DNA of 64,000 nucleotides. Origin: the human T2T-CHM13v2.0 reference genome, Homo sapiens. Position numbers and translations under genes: made by a program. Shown here one piece after another: positions 40,250 to 55,500 of the stretch. The notes below the pieces were generated by a model. That model ran no database searches. It was not told where the DNA came from and saw only the letters and a list, made by a program, of their open reading frames with translations. Numbering within the stretch: the stretch's first letter is position 1; every line of letters begins with the position of its first letter. The stretch lies in the NCBI RefSeq assembly GCF_009914755.1, contig NC_060933.1; one strand, 5' to 3'.

Positions 40250-41130
40250 ATTTTAGAATATTAATATCTGGTTTCCCCTCTCACCACTCATATGTAACTG
40301 GCTTCTCAAAATTTAGAACAGTATGTTAATTGCTAAATCAAGTGACTCCTTATCAGTGTTCCTCTTTTTCAGTCTCTCTGAAGGGCCTAACACTGTTGAC
40401 TACTTCCTTTTTCTGAAAACTTAGTTTCCAGGATATAACTGTCTTCTATTCCCGTTTCCTCTTTGATCATTCTATCTCACTTTCCTTTATTATCTATAAT
40501 CTTTTCCCTCTATATTCCTATTGAATTCTATTTTTCCTGTATTTCTGCCTTTTACTTCTTCTCTGCTAGCTCTGTGCATTTTCTCTAGGTGCTTACATAA
40601 GTAACAGATTACTTTAACTTACAGGTATGCATTTTGTAGAATGTGCTATCAAAATGTATTGTGATATTGTGGGCACTTCTAATTCAATAGAACCAGTATT
40701 TTTCTTGCCTTTCTCAAAAATTTCTTTCTGAAAATTGGTTAAACACATCACCAAGTGTATAGCATGTTGTCATTCCCTCTCTCTTTCTAATTGATTGCAG
40801 ACATGTTTTTGATTTGCTGTCTCTATATCTAATTCTCTCAATTTTATTCTCTGTCACCAGATGATTTATTTGAAATACAAGCCTGACCTTGTCACAGATC
40901 TCCTTAAAAGCTTCAAATTGATCATCAAAATACAAAGGTTATTTCTGAAATCTTTAGCGTGGAATTCAGGATCTTTCTTAATGAAGCTCTACCTTTCCTC
41001 CTCTCCACTTCATTCATTTATCTATCAGTTTTGTTGTCATTCTGTTAGTCACTAGTAATATTTGGTTGAACAAAACACACACAGTTCCTCTCCTCCTAGA
41101 TCTTTTATTCCCCTATGCTTCTAGTCTCCA
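40250..41130. mobile_element. L2 fragments
   Basis: Pyrimidine-rich L2-like motifs: acactgttgactacttcctttttctgaaaac; ttctctgtcaccagatgattt; cctgaccttgtcac. Confidence 0.55.
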
Positions 41131-41744
41131 CTGTACCCACTAGACTGTTTTTTTAATTTGATACACCACATCTATATTGTGAAATTATTACCACCAAGTT
41201 AGTTAACACATCCATCACTTCACCTAGTTATCGTGTGTGTGTGGGGGGGTGTGTGTCTGTGTGTGTGTGTGTGTAGTGAGAATACTGAATATCTACTCTC
41301 TTAGCAAATTTTAAGTATACAATATGTTATTAACTATAGTCACCATGCTATATGTCAGAGCCCCAAATCTTACTCATCTTGTAACTTACACCTGTTCCCT
41401 TTGATCAATGTATCCCCTATCTCCTCCAACACCCTAGTTCCTGGCAACCATCTTCTTGGTTAAATTTATTATTGATTCAATCCTTACTTGGTGTTTGTCT
41501 ATTTAGATTTTTTATTTCTTCATGATTCAATCTTTGTAAGTTGTATGTTTCTAGGGATGTATATTTCTTCTGGGTTATTCAGTTTTTTGGTTTATAATTT
41601 GTTCATAGTAATCCCTTACAGTCCCTTGCATTTCTGTGGTATTAGTGACGATGGATCTTATTTCATTCACAATTTTATTTATGTGCATTCTCTCTCTTTT
41701 CCTTGGTTAGTTTATCTAAAGGCTTACAAATTTTGTTTGTCTTT

Positions 41745-43250
41745 TTTGCATTTATTTTTAAATTTTTTTTTAACTTTTGTTTTTGCTTGAGGGATGCATG
41801 TGTAGGTTTGTTATATACGTATATTGTGTGTTGTGGAGATTTGGTGTACAGATTATTTTGTCACCTAGGAAATAAGCATAGTAGTTTTTTTTATTATTGT
41901 TATACTTTAAGTTTTAGGGTACATGTGCACAATGTGCAGGTTAGTTACATATGTATACATGTGCCATGCTGGTGTGCTGCACCCACTAACTTGTCATCTA
42001 GCATTAGGTATATCTCCCAATGCTATCCCTCCCCCCTCCCCCCACCCCACAACAGTCCCCAGAGTGTGATGTTCCCCTTCCTGTGTCCACGTGTTCTCAT
42101 TGTTCAATTTCCACCTATGAGTGAGAATATGTGGTGTTTGGTTTTTTGTTCTTGCGATAGTTTACTGAGAATGATGATTCCCAATTTCATCCATGTCCCT
42201 AGAAAGGACATGAACTCATCATTTTTTATGGCTGCATAGTATTCCATGGTGTATATGTGCCACATTTTCTTAATCCAGTCTATCATTGTTGGACATTTGG
42301 GTTGGTTCCAAGTCTTTGCTATTGTGAATAAAGGCATAGTAGTTTTTTGATCCTCACTCTTCTCCCAGACTTTACTGTCAAGTAGGCCCCAGTGTCTGTT
42401 GTTTTGTTTAGCTCCCACTTATAAGTGAGAACATGTGGTATTTGGTTTTCTGTTCCTGTGTTGGTTTGTTTAGGATAATGCCTCCATCCATGTTGCAGCA
42501 AAGGACAAAATCTCATTCTTTTGTGAGGCTGCATAGTATTCCATGGCATATATGTACCACATTTTCTTTATCCAGGCAACTGTTGATGGGTATTTAGGTT
42601 GATTCTATGTATTTGCTATTGTGAATGGTGGCGTGATGAATATATGAGAGCATATGTCTGTACGGTAGAATGATTTACATTCCTTTGGGTGTATACCCAA
42701 CAATGGGATTGCTAGGTCGAATGGTAATTCTGTTTTAAGTTCTTTGAGGAACAGCCAAACTGCCTTCCACAATAGCTGAACTAATTTACACTCCCACCAG
42801 CAGTGTATAAGTGTTTTCTTTTCTCCACAGCCTCAAAAGCATCTCTTATTTTTTGACTTTTTAATAATAGTCATTGTGACTGGTGTGAGATGGCACCTCA
42901 TTGTAGTTTTAATTCGTATTTCTCTAATTAGTAATGTTGAGCATTTTTTCATATGCTCGTTGGCTGCCTGCATGTCTTCTTTTGAGGAGCTTTCGTTTAT
43001 GTCATTTGCCCACTTTTTAATGGGGTTTTTTTTTCTCACAAATTTGTTTAAGTTCCTTGTAGATTCTAAATATCGAAACTTTATTGAATTCATAGTTTTC
43101 AAATATTTTCTCCCATTCTGTAGATTCTGTAGGTAAGCTCTTTAGTGTAATTAGGTCCCATTTGTCAATTTTTATTTTTTTTCAATTGCTCTAGGCATCT
43201 TCATTATGAAGTCTTTGCCAGGTCCTATGTCTAGAATGGCATTTCCCAGG
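41745..43250 (-). mobile_element. 5'-truncated L1PA13-15-like element nested in the L1MA
   Basis: 3'UTR gatttggtgtacagattattttgtcacc; ORF2 C-terminal fragment 42833..43102 (HMKKCSTLLIREIRIKTTMRCHLTPV). Confidence 0.85.
41891..42331 (-). mobile_element. 5'-truncated L1PA2/3-like insertion
   Basis: Close match to young L1 3' end (tatactttaagttttagggtacatgtgcac). Perfect 15-bp TSD gcatagtagtttttt at 41876-41890 and 42334-42348. Confidence 0.95.
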
Positions 43251-43359
43251 TTATCTTTCATAAAATCAGCTTTGAGCTTTGTTGATTTTTTTCTATTCTC
43301 TATTTCATTTATTTCTACTTTAATCTTTATTATATTCTTTCTTCTGCTAACTTTGCTAG

Positions 43360-45339
<1,980 letters not shown>

Positions 45340-45819
45340 CATTGGAATGTTTTAACCTCTAGAAATGTCTTGGCCTCTCATTCATCATGACATTGCCACT
45401 GAAATTTTCTCTTGAGTGTTCTTGTATTCTTTGCGCACCTTTCCATCCTACTTATCCTTAAAACTAACTGAAATTGCAGCATCTTTTCTCAACTTCTAAA
45501 TAATTCTCCTACTTAAGTTCCAATAGAATTGGAACTCCTTGTTAATTAACCATGATTAGTTACTATTATACAGAGACTAACCTAGAATATTGATCAGTAT
45601 ATAGTACTATTTATTTTAAGGATTAAAAGAAAGAGTTTCGAGTTAGAAAAACCCAGTCTCTAGTCATGTCCCTGATATATATTATCTGTGTGATTCATCC
45701 TAGAAAAATTACTTATTCTATGCTTCACTTTCTTGGTACATGAAACCAATAAATCTAGTTATGTATTTTGATCTAGATATCTAAATCTATGTCTCTATCT
45801 CTACAAACACATTTACTCC

Positions 45820-46238
45820 TCCAACATGATTTGGATGTGTGTCCCCTCCAAATCTCCTGCTGAAATGTTATTCTTAGTGTTGGAAGTGGGGCCTATTGGA
45901 AGGTGGTTGTTTTATGGACCAGATGCCCCATGACTTAACACCATCCCCTTGGTGATAGGTGAGTTCTCTCTCACTCAGTTAGTTCATGTTAAATCTGTTT
46001 ATTTAACAGAGAGTGGGATATCCCTGTTCTCTCTCTTGCTACCAATCTAACCATATGACGCAACTACTACCTCTTCATCTTCCTCCGTTATTGAAAGCTT
46101 CCTGAGGCCTGCACCAGGAACAGTTGCTGGAGCATTATTGTACAGCCTGCATAACTGTGAGCCAATTAATCATCTTTTCTTTATAAATTACCCAGCCTAA
46201 AGCATTTATTTATAGCACTGCAAGAATGGACTAACACA
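45820..46238 (+). mobile_element. MSTB-like MaLR solo LTR
   Basis: tttggatgtgtgtcccctccaaatctc..aagcttcctgaggcc..actgtgagccaatta..ataaattacccagcct..tggactaacaca. Confidence 0.88.
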
Positions 46239-47015
46239 TTCTCTAAGTCTGATCAATTCATTCTTTTTAAAGTTAGGGATTCTCGATATGTAGATAATAC
46301 AGACACAGTTAATTCAATGCATTTTTAAAAATGTATACTGATATTTGAATATAACTGTACCTACTTCCTGTCCGTATCACTCATACTTTTCTTTATTAAA
46401 GTACAGATATTAATAAGAATGGTTGTTTAAATAAATGGCAGTGTTTATAACTAAATAGAACATACACTTATGTAACATTTTAAGCAATGACTGTATGACA
46501 TTAGGGAAATCATTTAGCTATTCTGAACTTCAGTGTCCTAAATTGAAGACTGAGATTGTAGTGTTACAGCCCTTTCTAGTTCTAATCTAAATTATCTTCT
46601 AATTTTTAGTTTCATAAAAATGATATCAGAAACTTTGATGGTGTTTCATTTTTTATAATTTTTTTGATATGCTCTATTTTATTCTGCCAATTTTTCAAGA
46701 TGCACGTTATTACTATTAATTTTTAAGATGAGAAAACTAATAAAAAAGTTGAAATGACTTTCACCTGTCAGATAGCTAGTTAAAATTAGTTATTCTGTTT
46801 TTCAATCTAGTATTCCCTCTGCTACACTAGTGGCTTGCAAAAGTTGGCTCAGGACCCCTTGGAAATCTCAGCGCCCTAGAGTTTTACATTTCAAAAGTAT
46901 AAGTAGAAACATTCACCTAAATTGGAGTCATGTTTATGCAAGGGTATGGGATAGTTTTTTTTTTAGTGCTTTAGGTTTTTTAATTATAAAAAATACAAAA
47001 GCATCTGTCTTTAAC

Positions 47016-47019
47016 TATC

Positions 47020-47058
<39 letters not shown>

Positions 47059-47071
47059 ATCTATCTATCTA
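47016..47071. repeat. (TCTA)n / GATA tetranucleotide STR
   Basis: (tcta)9 tca (tcta)3 at 47021-47071. Confidence 0.97.
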
Positions 47072-47999
47072 CCACTGTAATTAGTTTTATAATTTTATGA
47101 CTAGGGACACAATAAAGTTTGATGGAAAAACAACAGACTAAGAATTCAAGTGCTTGAATTCCATTTCTGTTCTTTCTCCTATTTACATAGTCTGCCTTTT
47201 ATCTATATTAGATTTCTCAAGCATAGAACAGAAAATAATGGCCTTTCAATTAATTCTCAGTGATACTGACTATATATATGTGTCCTATTTTGGCCATGAA
47301 TTTCAACCCCCTAATTTTTTTCTGAAGTCTTTTCTTAAGCTGCTTAAAGCAGTAAGGACGCTACTTTTCTATTTAAATTGAGAAGTTTCTTAAAGATTCT
47401 GAAAGTACCACACCAGGCAGGGAAGTGTGAAGAGAGAAACCACGTCAGGAAATGGAGCAGCCATGGTTTATTAGCTAATCTGCAGAATGTGACTATGCCC
47501 CTAACAGTCCTTATGAAAACATGAATGTCTTCATGAATAAGGGATTTCTGAGCTGCTGTCCTACAAGACTGATTTTTTTGTATAAAAATCTGCTTTTAAT
47601 TCATCTTTATGTCCATAATATTCCAATATAGTAAAGACAGTAGGAATCCAATAAATATTTTGAAGTATTGGAAAGAAATAAAATCCCAGCTCTGTAGTTT
47701 ACATGCATGAACTTGGGCAAAATACATAATTTTCTCCATTGTAAAATAGTATGAAAAATGTTTACTTCACGGGATTATTTAACTTTTAAATGTACTTGGA
47801 ATTTATTGAAAGCTTAGTAGGTGTCAGTTTTTCTTCCATAAATTTTGAATGAATCAATGACTAAATGGTATTTTAGGCAGAATATTTTGAGCAAAGGTCC
47901 TAATATTCTTTTGAGCAAAGGCCCACAGAATATTCTGGAAATGGCAAAAATGTTTGTGATTCTAGTACAAAATATTTCAAAAGGGCGATTGATGCAGGA

Positions 48000-48650
48000 A
48001 AGTAGGACAAGAATGAGGCTGCAGGGATAGAGTGAGTGTACGTTTTTAAAGACCTTGACTTTCATGCTCAATAATTGTGACTTTTCTTTTAAGAAATGAG
48101 CAACTGTGGAAAGCGTTGTAGTTTACCAGTGCCATACTTAACATTTATGACTTAGAAATAGCCTTTGGACAGCAGTTCTCGAAAATTGACTTTTTTTTTT
48201 TTCTGTCCCAAAGAATCCCTGAAAACCACCCCTGTGAGGTAAGAAGCAGTGGGGCAAAGTTTCTGTGGCCTCACTCACAGGCTGAGGGCTGCTCCATCGG
48301 GCCCCCAAGGAGTCCTGACACCTGGTAGAACTGAGGCTGGAGAAGGAACAAAACTGGAGGAAGATAATGGAATCCATGACTTTGTTCTGAGGAGGTGGGG
48401 GGAAGTGGACAGAGTCTCACACCCTTTTTCGAAAATGGACTTTGAAAGTGCTAATCCGTCTAACAAGTCAAAGAAGTCATGATGAGGATCTGGGTGAGTG
48501 TATTGGCATTAGGGATGGAGCTGAGTGGATGCATGTGAAGCATATTTAGGTGTTAACTTGATAGGACTTGATGACAAATTAGATGTGAGGGGAGGGAATG
48601 CTAAAGAAGAAGAATCTAAGGATGGCTCCAAGCTTTCTGTTAGATACCTG
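48000..48650. mobile_element. L2 fragments
   Basis: taggacttgatgacaaattagatgtgagggg..aagaatctaaggatggctccaagctttctg. Confidence 0.55.
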
Positions 48651-48709
48651 ATAACTATATAATCATATAACTATATAACTATATAAATGTTCATTGAAGA
48701 ACAATGATA

Positions 48710-48935
48710 ATGATTAAAAGTAAAATTATTACTCATTTATTAAGCATCCAAACTGCCACACACTCTATCTCATGTAACCTTCCTACTGCTCCTTTGAGAT
48801 ATATATTATTATTTCCATTTTATGTGTAAGAAAAAATGATGCCCAGAGATATTAAGTGACTTGCACAAATTCATTGAGTAGAGCTAGAATTTGAGTACAT
48901 ATCTGATTTTAAAGATTATGTCCTTAAATTATATG
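48710..48935 (-). mobile_element. MIR SINE
   Basis: catttattaagca..tattattatttccattttat..gatgcccagagatattaagtgacttgcacaa..agagctagaatttga. Confidence 0.75.
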
Positions 48936-49422
48936 CTGTATTATGAGTCATTAAAGATTTGGGAAGTTAGTGTAATGAGGAAAAAAGCAAAGCATTTGGC
49001 CTATTTAGCCCAAGGGAGTAAAGACTTCAAGAGTAGTGTCAATAATATGAAGCTTTTTTTATATAGATGAACTTTCTTTCTTTTTTTGGCTAGAGGCCAA
49101 AAAAAGTCACCATTTTGAACTTAGGTCGTAGCAATATAAGCTATTAAAAAGAACTCACTAAGCCAAAGAGCTGAAAGGTATTAGAATTCAAATGAAAATT
49201 AAAGAGATGGAAAAACACATTTGGGGAATGGTATATAAAATTGTAAAAAGTGTCCTAGTGTATAAACACTTTGTCTCTGAGAATAGCACTCAGTGGGAAA
49301 ATGCAAGAGGAAATGTATGAGTATTTTTATTTTAGAAATTATTTAAAGCTATAGACATTGGCTTGAAATTATGCAAAAGGTTGTCCTATTAGACAGGAAA
49401 GAAGTAGCCTCATTACAGATCA

Positions 49423-49853
<431 letters not shown>

Positions 49854-49899
49854 CTACCTTACTATTAATCAAAGAAATAAAAATTAAAATAGCAATAAC

Positions 49900-50205
49900 T
49901 TTTTTTGAAACCTTGTCTCAAAAAAACAGTACCTAAAGACACTCTCTCACACAGGCTGAAGTGCAGTGGTGCGATCACAGCTCACTGTAACCACAATCTC
50001 CCAGGATCAGGTAATCCCCTCACCTCAGACTCCTGAATAGCTGGAACTATAGGCACATGCCACGATGCCTGACAGATTTTCTTATTTTTAGTAGAGACAG
50101 GGTTTTGCCAGGTTGCCCAGGCTGGTTTCAAACTCCTGGACTGAAGCAATCTACCTGACTTATTCTCCCAGGGTGCTGGGATTACAGGCACGATCCACTT
50201 CACCC
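49900..50205 (-). mobile_element. AluJ with rearranged tail
   Basis: gtgcagtggtgcgatcacagctcactg..gttgcccaggctggtttcaaactcctggactgaagcaatc..gggattacaggc. Confidence 0.88.
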
Positions 50206-50750
50206 TTCTATTAAATTTCAAATTTAATAGTAATAACTATTTTTGTGATAATATTGTCATCTAGGTTGAAGGTAAATGACTTTTGATGATAATGTTATTT
50301 GGAAATAATCATGGTAATAATAATAATAACAAGAAGAATAAAACAAACATTTGTGAGAGTTTCATCTCTGATAGGTACTATTCTAAGTATTTTACATATT
50401 TTCATGTATTAAATAATCACCATGATTGTATGAAGTAATTTTATAAATTCCATATTACAGATAGGAAAGTGAGCCACATAGAATCAGCCCATGGTTCTTG
50501 ACTCCAGACCCTACAATGTACTACTTTCAGGAGAAAGGTACATTCTATTCTCAGGTTTCTTAAATAATTAGTTAAATATGCAAACTGACCCAACAATTCC
50601 AGAATTTCTCTTAAAGAAGTGATTAAAGCTATGACAAAAACTTAGGTACAAAAGTAGACATTGCGGCATTATATACAATAGTAAGAAATTAGAAACTGTC
50701 TAGTGTCCAGCAATAGATAATTTATAGTTATATATCAATACTGTGTATGC

Positions 50751-51905
50751 AGATTAAAGACTTAAATGTAAAATCCAAAACTATGAAAACCCTAGAAAAA
50801 AACCTAGCAAACCACTGGGGACATAGGCATGGAAGATTTTATCATGAAATTGCAAAAAGCAATTGCAACAAATGCAAACATTGACAAATGGGATCTAATT
50901 AAACTAAAGAGCTTCTGTGCAGCAAAAGAAACTATCATCAGAGTGAACAGACAAACTACAGAATGGGAGAAAACTTTTGCAATCTCTCCATCTGACAAAG
51001 GTTTAATATCCAGAATCTACAAGGAACTTAAAGAAATTTACAAGAAAAAAAAACCCCATTAAAAAGTGGACAAAGGACATGAACAGATAAAAGAAGACAT
51101 ACATGCAGTCAACAAACATATAAACAAAGCTCAACCTCACTGATCGTTACGGAAATGCAAATCAAAACCACAATGAGATACCATATCACACCAGTCAGAA
51201 TGGCGATTATTAAAAACTCAAGAAAAACAGATGCTGCCAAGGTTGCAGAGAAATAAGAACACTTTTACACTGTTGGTGGGAATGTAAATTAGTTCAACCA
51301 TTGTAGAAGACAGTGAGGCAATCCCTCAAAGATTTAGAACAGCAAATACCATTTGACTTAGCAATCCCATTACTGGGTATACACCCAAAGCAATATAAAT
51401 GATTCTATTATAAAGATACATGCATGTGTATGTTTGTTGCAGCACTATTTACAATAGCAAAGACATGGAATCAACCCAAATGCCCACCAATAATAGACAG
51501 GATAAAGAAAATGTGGTACATACAACACCATGGAATACTATGCAGCCACAAAAAGGAATGAGATCATGTCTTTTACAGGGACATGGATGGAGCTGGAAGC
51601 CATTATCCTCAGGAATCTAACACAGAAACAGAAAGCCAAACACCACATAATCCCACTTATAAGTGGCAGCTGAACAATGAGAATATATGGATATAGGGAG
51701 GGGAACAACACACACTGAAGACTGTTGGGGGAGGGCGGAGTGGGGAAGAGCATCAAGAAAAATAGCTAATGCATGCTGGGCTTAATATCTAGGTCATGGG
51801 TTGATAGGTGCAGCAAACCACCATGGCGCACATTTACCTATGTAAAAAACCTGCATGTCTTACACATGTACCCTGGAACTTAAAATATAATAAAATTTAA
51901 AAAAA
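50751..51905 (+). mobile_element. 5'-truncated L1 (L1PA10/11-like)
   Basis: ORF 50829..51062 [19 protein letters not shown]; 3'UTR gagcatcaagaaaatagctaatgcatgctgggcttaat..gtaccctggaacttaaaa. Confidence 0.9.
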
Positions 51906-52998
51906 TACTTAGAAAACAATTTAATTATGTGGGTGATAATTTTCATGTGTTAATTTAAGCAAATTATGGAAGAGTCTATACAGTATAATGATAATCTTCA
52001 TAAACACAAATCTATGTTAACACACACACAAGTGTGAAATATTTGAAAGTTTGTTCACTGAAATGTTACTATATTTATCCTTGGGTGGTTATGATATTGG
52101 TAATATTGAATTATTTGTCTGTATATTCTGATTTTTCCATAATGAGAGTATGTTTTCAAAAAAAGTCTCTGTCACAATCACAAGCTCAACACCTGTGACA
52201 CTTCATGACATTTAGAGAGAGTTAAGCAAGTCCTGCAGAAACTCTGGAGTTCAAAAGGAGTATAAATCAGTCAACTAGGTAAAAATATGCATCTTTTAAC
52301 AAACATGAACTTTCAGCCAAGGACAAAGAAGACTTTGTAAGTTGTATAGAAAGGAGTAAGCAATAGGAAGGTGACTTTTTTCATTTCCCACTAATGTATC
52401 TGCTAGCACTTGCTTTTAGTGGTTCTAAGAGTCTAATGCCTGTTTGTCCTAAATGATGGCAGTTTCACAGCTTCCTGTGGTAAATAGATTGTTCTAAAAA
52501 CTCACAGTTTAATAGTCAGAGCAATCTTTCCTGAGAATCCATTCTAAGGGTTCCTTCTCAGTTTTCTCCTAGTCAGTCTTTCTTACATCATGCTAATTAT
52601 TGATTGCTTCTAGCCTTTGCAGACTGGCTCATTCCTTGGGTTTTTACGGCAGCACCCTTTATTCTTAGATATTCTCCTCATAGCATAACTCATTTGTGTC
52701 CTCATCACCTTAGTTTGACTTCTTTGTATTTCCTTCATTTGATTCATATTTATTTGGTTTCCCTTAGTGCTTAAAGCTCTCATTTCTTGTTAACATCATT
52801 TAAAAAACCTTTTTAGAAAACATGATAACTGGTCAGACTGCTATGATTTATATATTATTAACTTTTAGGTTCTGAGAAAATTTACCCAAAATGTAAACAT
52901 CATAAATTAGCTTTCTTTTGTTTACTAAGCAGAAATAGCAATTTATTTTCCATGGATGAGTAGAATGCTTTACTGTGAAGTTTATTGACCTTTTAAGC

Positions 52999-53051
52999 TG
53001 ATATTCTGCCATACAGTGTGACATTCTGCCCTACAGTGTGACATTCTGCCC
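52999..53051. repeat. 20-bp tandem repeat, ~2.6 copies
   Basis: tga(t/c)attctgcc(a/c)tacagtg repeated. Confidence 0.9.
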
Positions 53052-53179
53052 ATGAGAGTTTCCCCATAGATTGTCCTTGGGAGGAAGAGGAGGAATGGTG
53101 TATGCAGATTGCTTAGGGATTGTTTTACCTGCTCTCACTAGACTTCATGTGAATTTACCTTACTAGGAAACACTCATAC

Positions 53180-53350
53180 AACACAGGCTCTGGAGCCAGA
53201 CAAGCCTCAGTGTAAGGCCAGATCTGCTATTTCCTCGCTGTATGACCACAGGCACATTGCTTAAAGTCTTTAAGGCTTTGTTTCTGTATTTATAAGGAGG
53301 TAGTAATATCTACCTTAAAGTATTGTTATGAGGATTAAATAAAATAATTT
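53180..53350 (+). mobile_element. MIR SINE
   Basis: acaggctctggagccagac..tctgctatttcctcgctgtatgacc..ttgttatgaggattaaat. Confidence 0.75.
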
Positions 53351-53519
53351 ATAAAATATTTTATATTCAGAGGATGCTCTGTGAAAGGTTTTTGAATGAA
53401 TTAGTGATATAATTATTTTTTACTCTTCATATTCTTCTCAAGGTATCATGGTAACCTTAGATACTTATTTAGATGTTGTTATAAATGTTTAATTGATGCT
53501 CATTTTCTTCTAATACTTC

Positions 53520-53877
53520 TGTATTAGTTTGTTCTTGCACTGCTATAAAGAAATACCTGAAACTGGGTAATTTATAAAGAAAAGAATTTTAATTGACTCA
53601 CAGTTCCACATGGCTGGGGAGGCCTCAGGAAACTTACAATCATGACAGAAGGCAGCGGGGAAGCAGGCACTTCCTACAGGGCTAGAGCAGGAGGAAGAGT
53701 GAAGGGAGAGGTGCACATATTTTTAAACCAGATCTCATGAGAACTCACTATTATGAGAACAGCAAGGGGGAAACTTGCCCCCATGAGCCAATCACCTCCC
53801 CACGGACCCCTCCTCCAACAATGGGGATTACAGTTTGACATGAGATTTGGGCAGGGACAGAAATCCAAACCATATCA
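53520..53877 (-). mobile_element. MSTA MaLR solo LTR
   Basis: tgtattagtttgttcttgcactgctataaag ... atccaaaccatatca; perfect 5-bp TSD acttc. Confidence 0.93.
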
Positions 53878-54354
53878 ACTTCCTATGGTTTTAAATGTTT
53901 ATTTCAATTCAAATGAATAGTATTTTTCAACAAGAAATGACATTAACTTATTTCAAGGGTTACTAGCATTAGTCTTGACAATGATTTCCTTCCTTACTGA
54001 GACAATGATCTCTAATAAACAAAAATAGAAGTATAATTAAGGAGTAAGTTATGTATGTTAATTAGCAGGCATATGTTACTGTATATAGACTGGTCAATTG
54101 TTACTGTCCCACTGCTCTTTAATACAGATGCTTCTGTTAGCTTGCTTGACCCTGTCATTAGGAATGTCAAATTATACAAAAGTATATACCTTGACATTAT
54201 TCTTTCACTTTTCCTAGACTTTCGTATTTTAGATCTTAGCTGGCCATTTGGTGACTTCTTGTAGTGTTGTCTACTAGCTTTATCTATGGGTTTGTATCAG
54301 GCAGACCTGGGCTGTCTCCCTAGAACTGTCACACATATTGCGTTCTTGGGTAAG

Positions 54355-54714
54355 TGTATTAGTCCATTTTTATACTGCTATAAATAACTGCCTGAGACTG
54401 GATAATCTGTAAAAGAAAGACATTTAATTGACTAACAGTTCAGCAGGGCTGGGGAGGCCTCAGAAAACTTACAATCATGGCAGAAGGAGAAGGGGAAGCA
54501 AGGCACCTTCTTCACAGGGTGGCAGGAAGGAGAAGTGCTGAACAAAGGGAAAAGAAAACCATCAGATCTCCTGAGATCTCACTCACTATCACAAGAACAG
54601 CATGAGGGAAACCACCCTCATGATTCAGTTACCTCCACTTGCTCTCTCCCTTGACACGTGGCGATTTTGGGGATTATAGGGATTTGGGTGGGGACACAAA
54701 GCCTAACCATAGCA
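54355..54714 (-). mobile_element. THE1D-like MaLR solo LTR (inserted in a MIR)
   Basis: tgtattagtccatttttatactgctataa ... gcctaaccatagca; perfect 5-bp TSD gtaag; MIR-like sequence on both sides. Confidence 0.92.
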
Positions 54715-55500
54715 GTAAGTTAAGTATCCTACCTAGACTTAGATTCTTTACCCATAAGAAGAAAATAATAATAGTGTTTACTTTAAGTTGTTATTTTAAG
54801 GATTATTTTAGGTAATGCTATTGAAACACTTAGCACAAACCTTGCCACATTGTAAGTACTCAACTGTAACTATTTTATTATCATTATAATTTAAAAGGTC
54901 ATAGTAAATATGTCTATTACAACATAAATGAACAAGATCAAACATGGGACAAATTCTGAGGTTTGCAGTAAAGGAATTAATTTCTTATGAATTGAAATGA
55001 TGCCAAGTGCCATATTAAAATCCCCATCTAATTTGTGCAGAAATCATTCAATTGCTTTTTCAAAAGATGTAAATAAGAAACTGATATGGAACAACAATGT
55101 TTTAATTCTCCAGATAAAGGGGGATGCATTGCATGATAGAAATGGCTAATCTATTTTCCTGAGTCTTTTTATTCAATACAAGTAAGTGAACAGGATGAAC
55201 ACAGGGAAAAAATACTAAGGGAATCTTTGAACTGGAGATTAGCATGTAAAACACAAAACAGAAGTGGCGAGGCAAGGAAGATAAACAGATTTGTTACAAC
55301 AAAAGCTTGAAAAAAAAGGAAATTTGTTTACAAGGAGGTGAAGATATATGTGGGAATTTATGTGACATAAAAAGAAATTATTATGATTTCTGGAAATCTT
55401 GGAACTGAAAGATGTACCTTATTTCCCTTTTCTCCTCCCAATCTGCCACTCAACTGCATTTAAAAAATTTTTCCTATTGGTTACTGTCATTATTGATGAA

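Larger units (their letters stand above)
41152..43355 (-). mobile_element. L1MA9-like element, 3' (non-inverted) arm, internally deleted and interrupted by younger L1s
   Basis: Antisense L1MA 3'UTR at 41152-41455 (gttaacacatccatcac..atctactctcttagcaaattt..ttaactatagtcaccatgct), joined to early ORF2 at 41456-41744 and 43259-43355. Confidence 0.75.

Noticed and set aside
41703-42239. 178-aa plus-strand ORF (and the similar 104-aa ORF at 56127..56441)
   Set aside because: Antisense reading of the L1 3'UTR/ORF2 end. The same peptide recurs in both young L1 copies.
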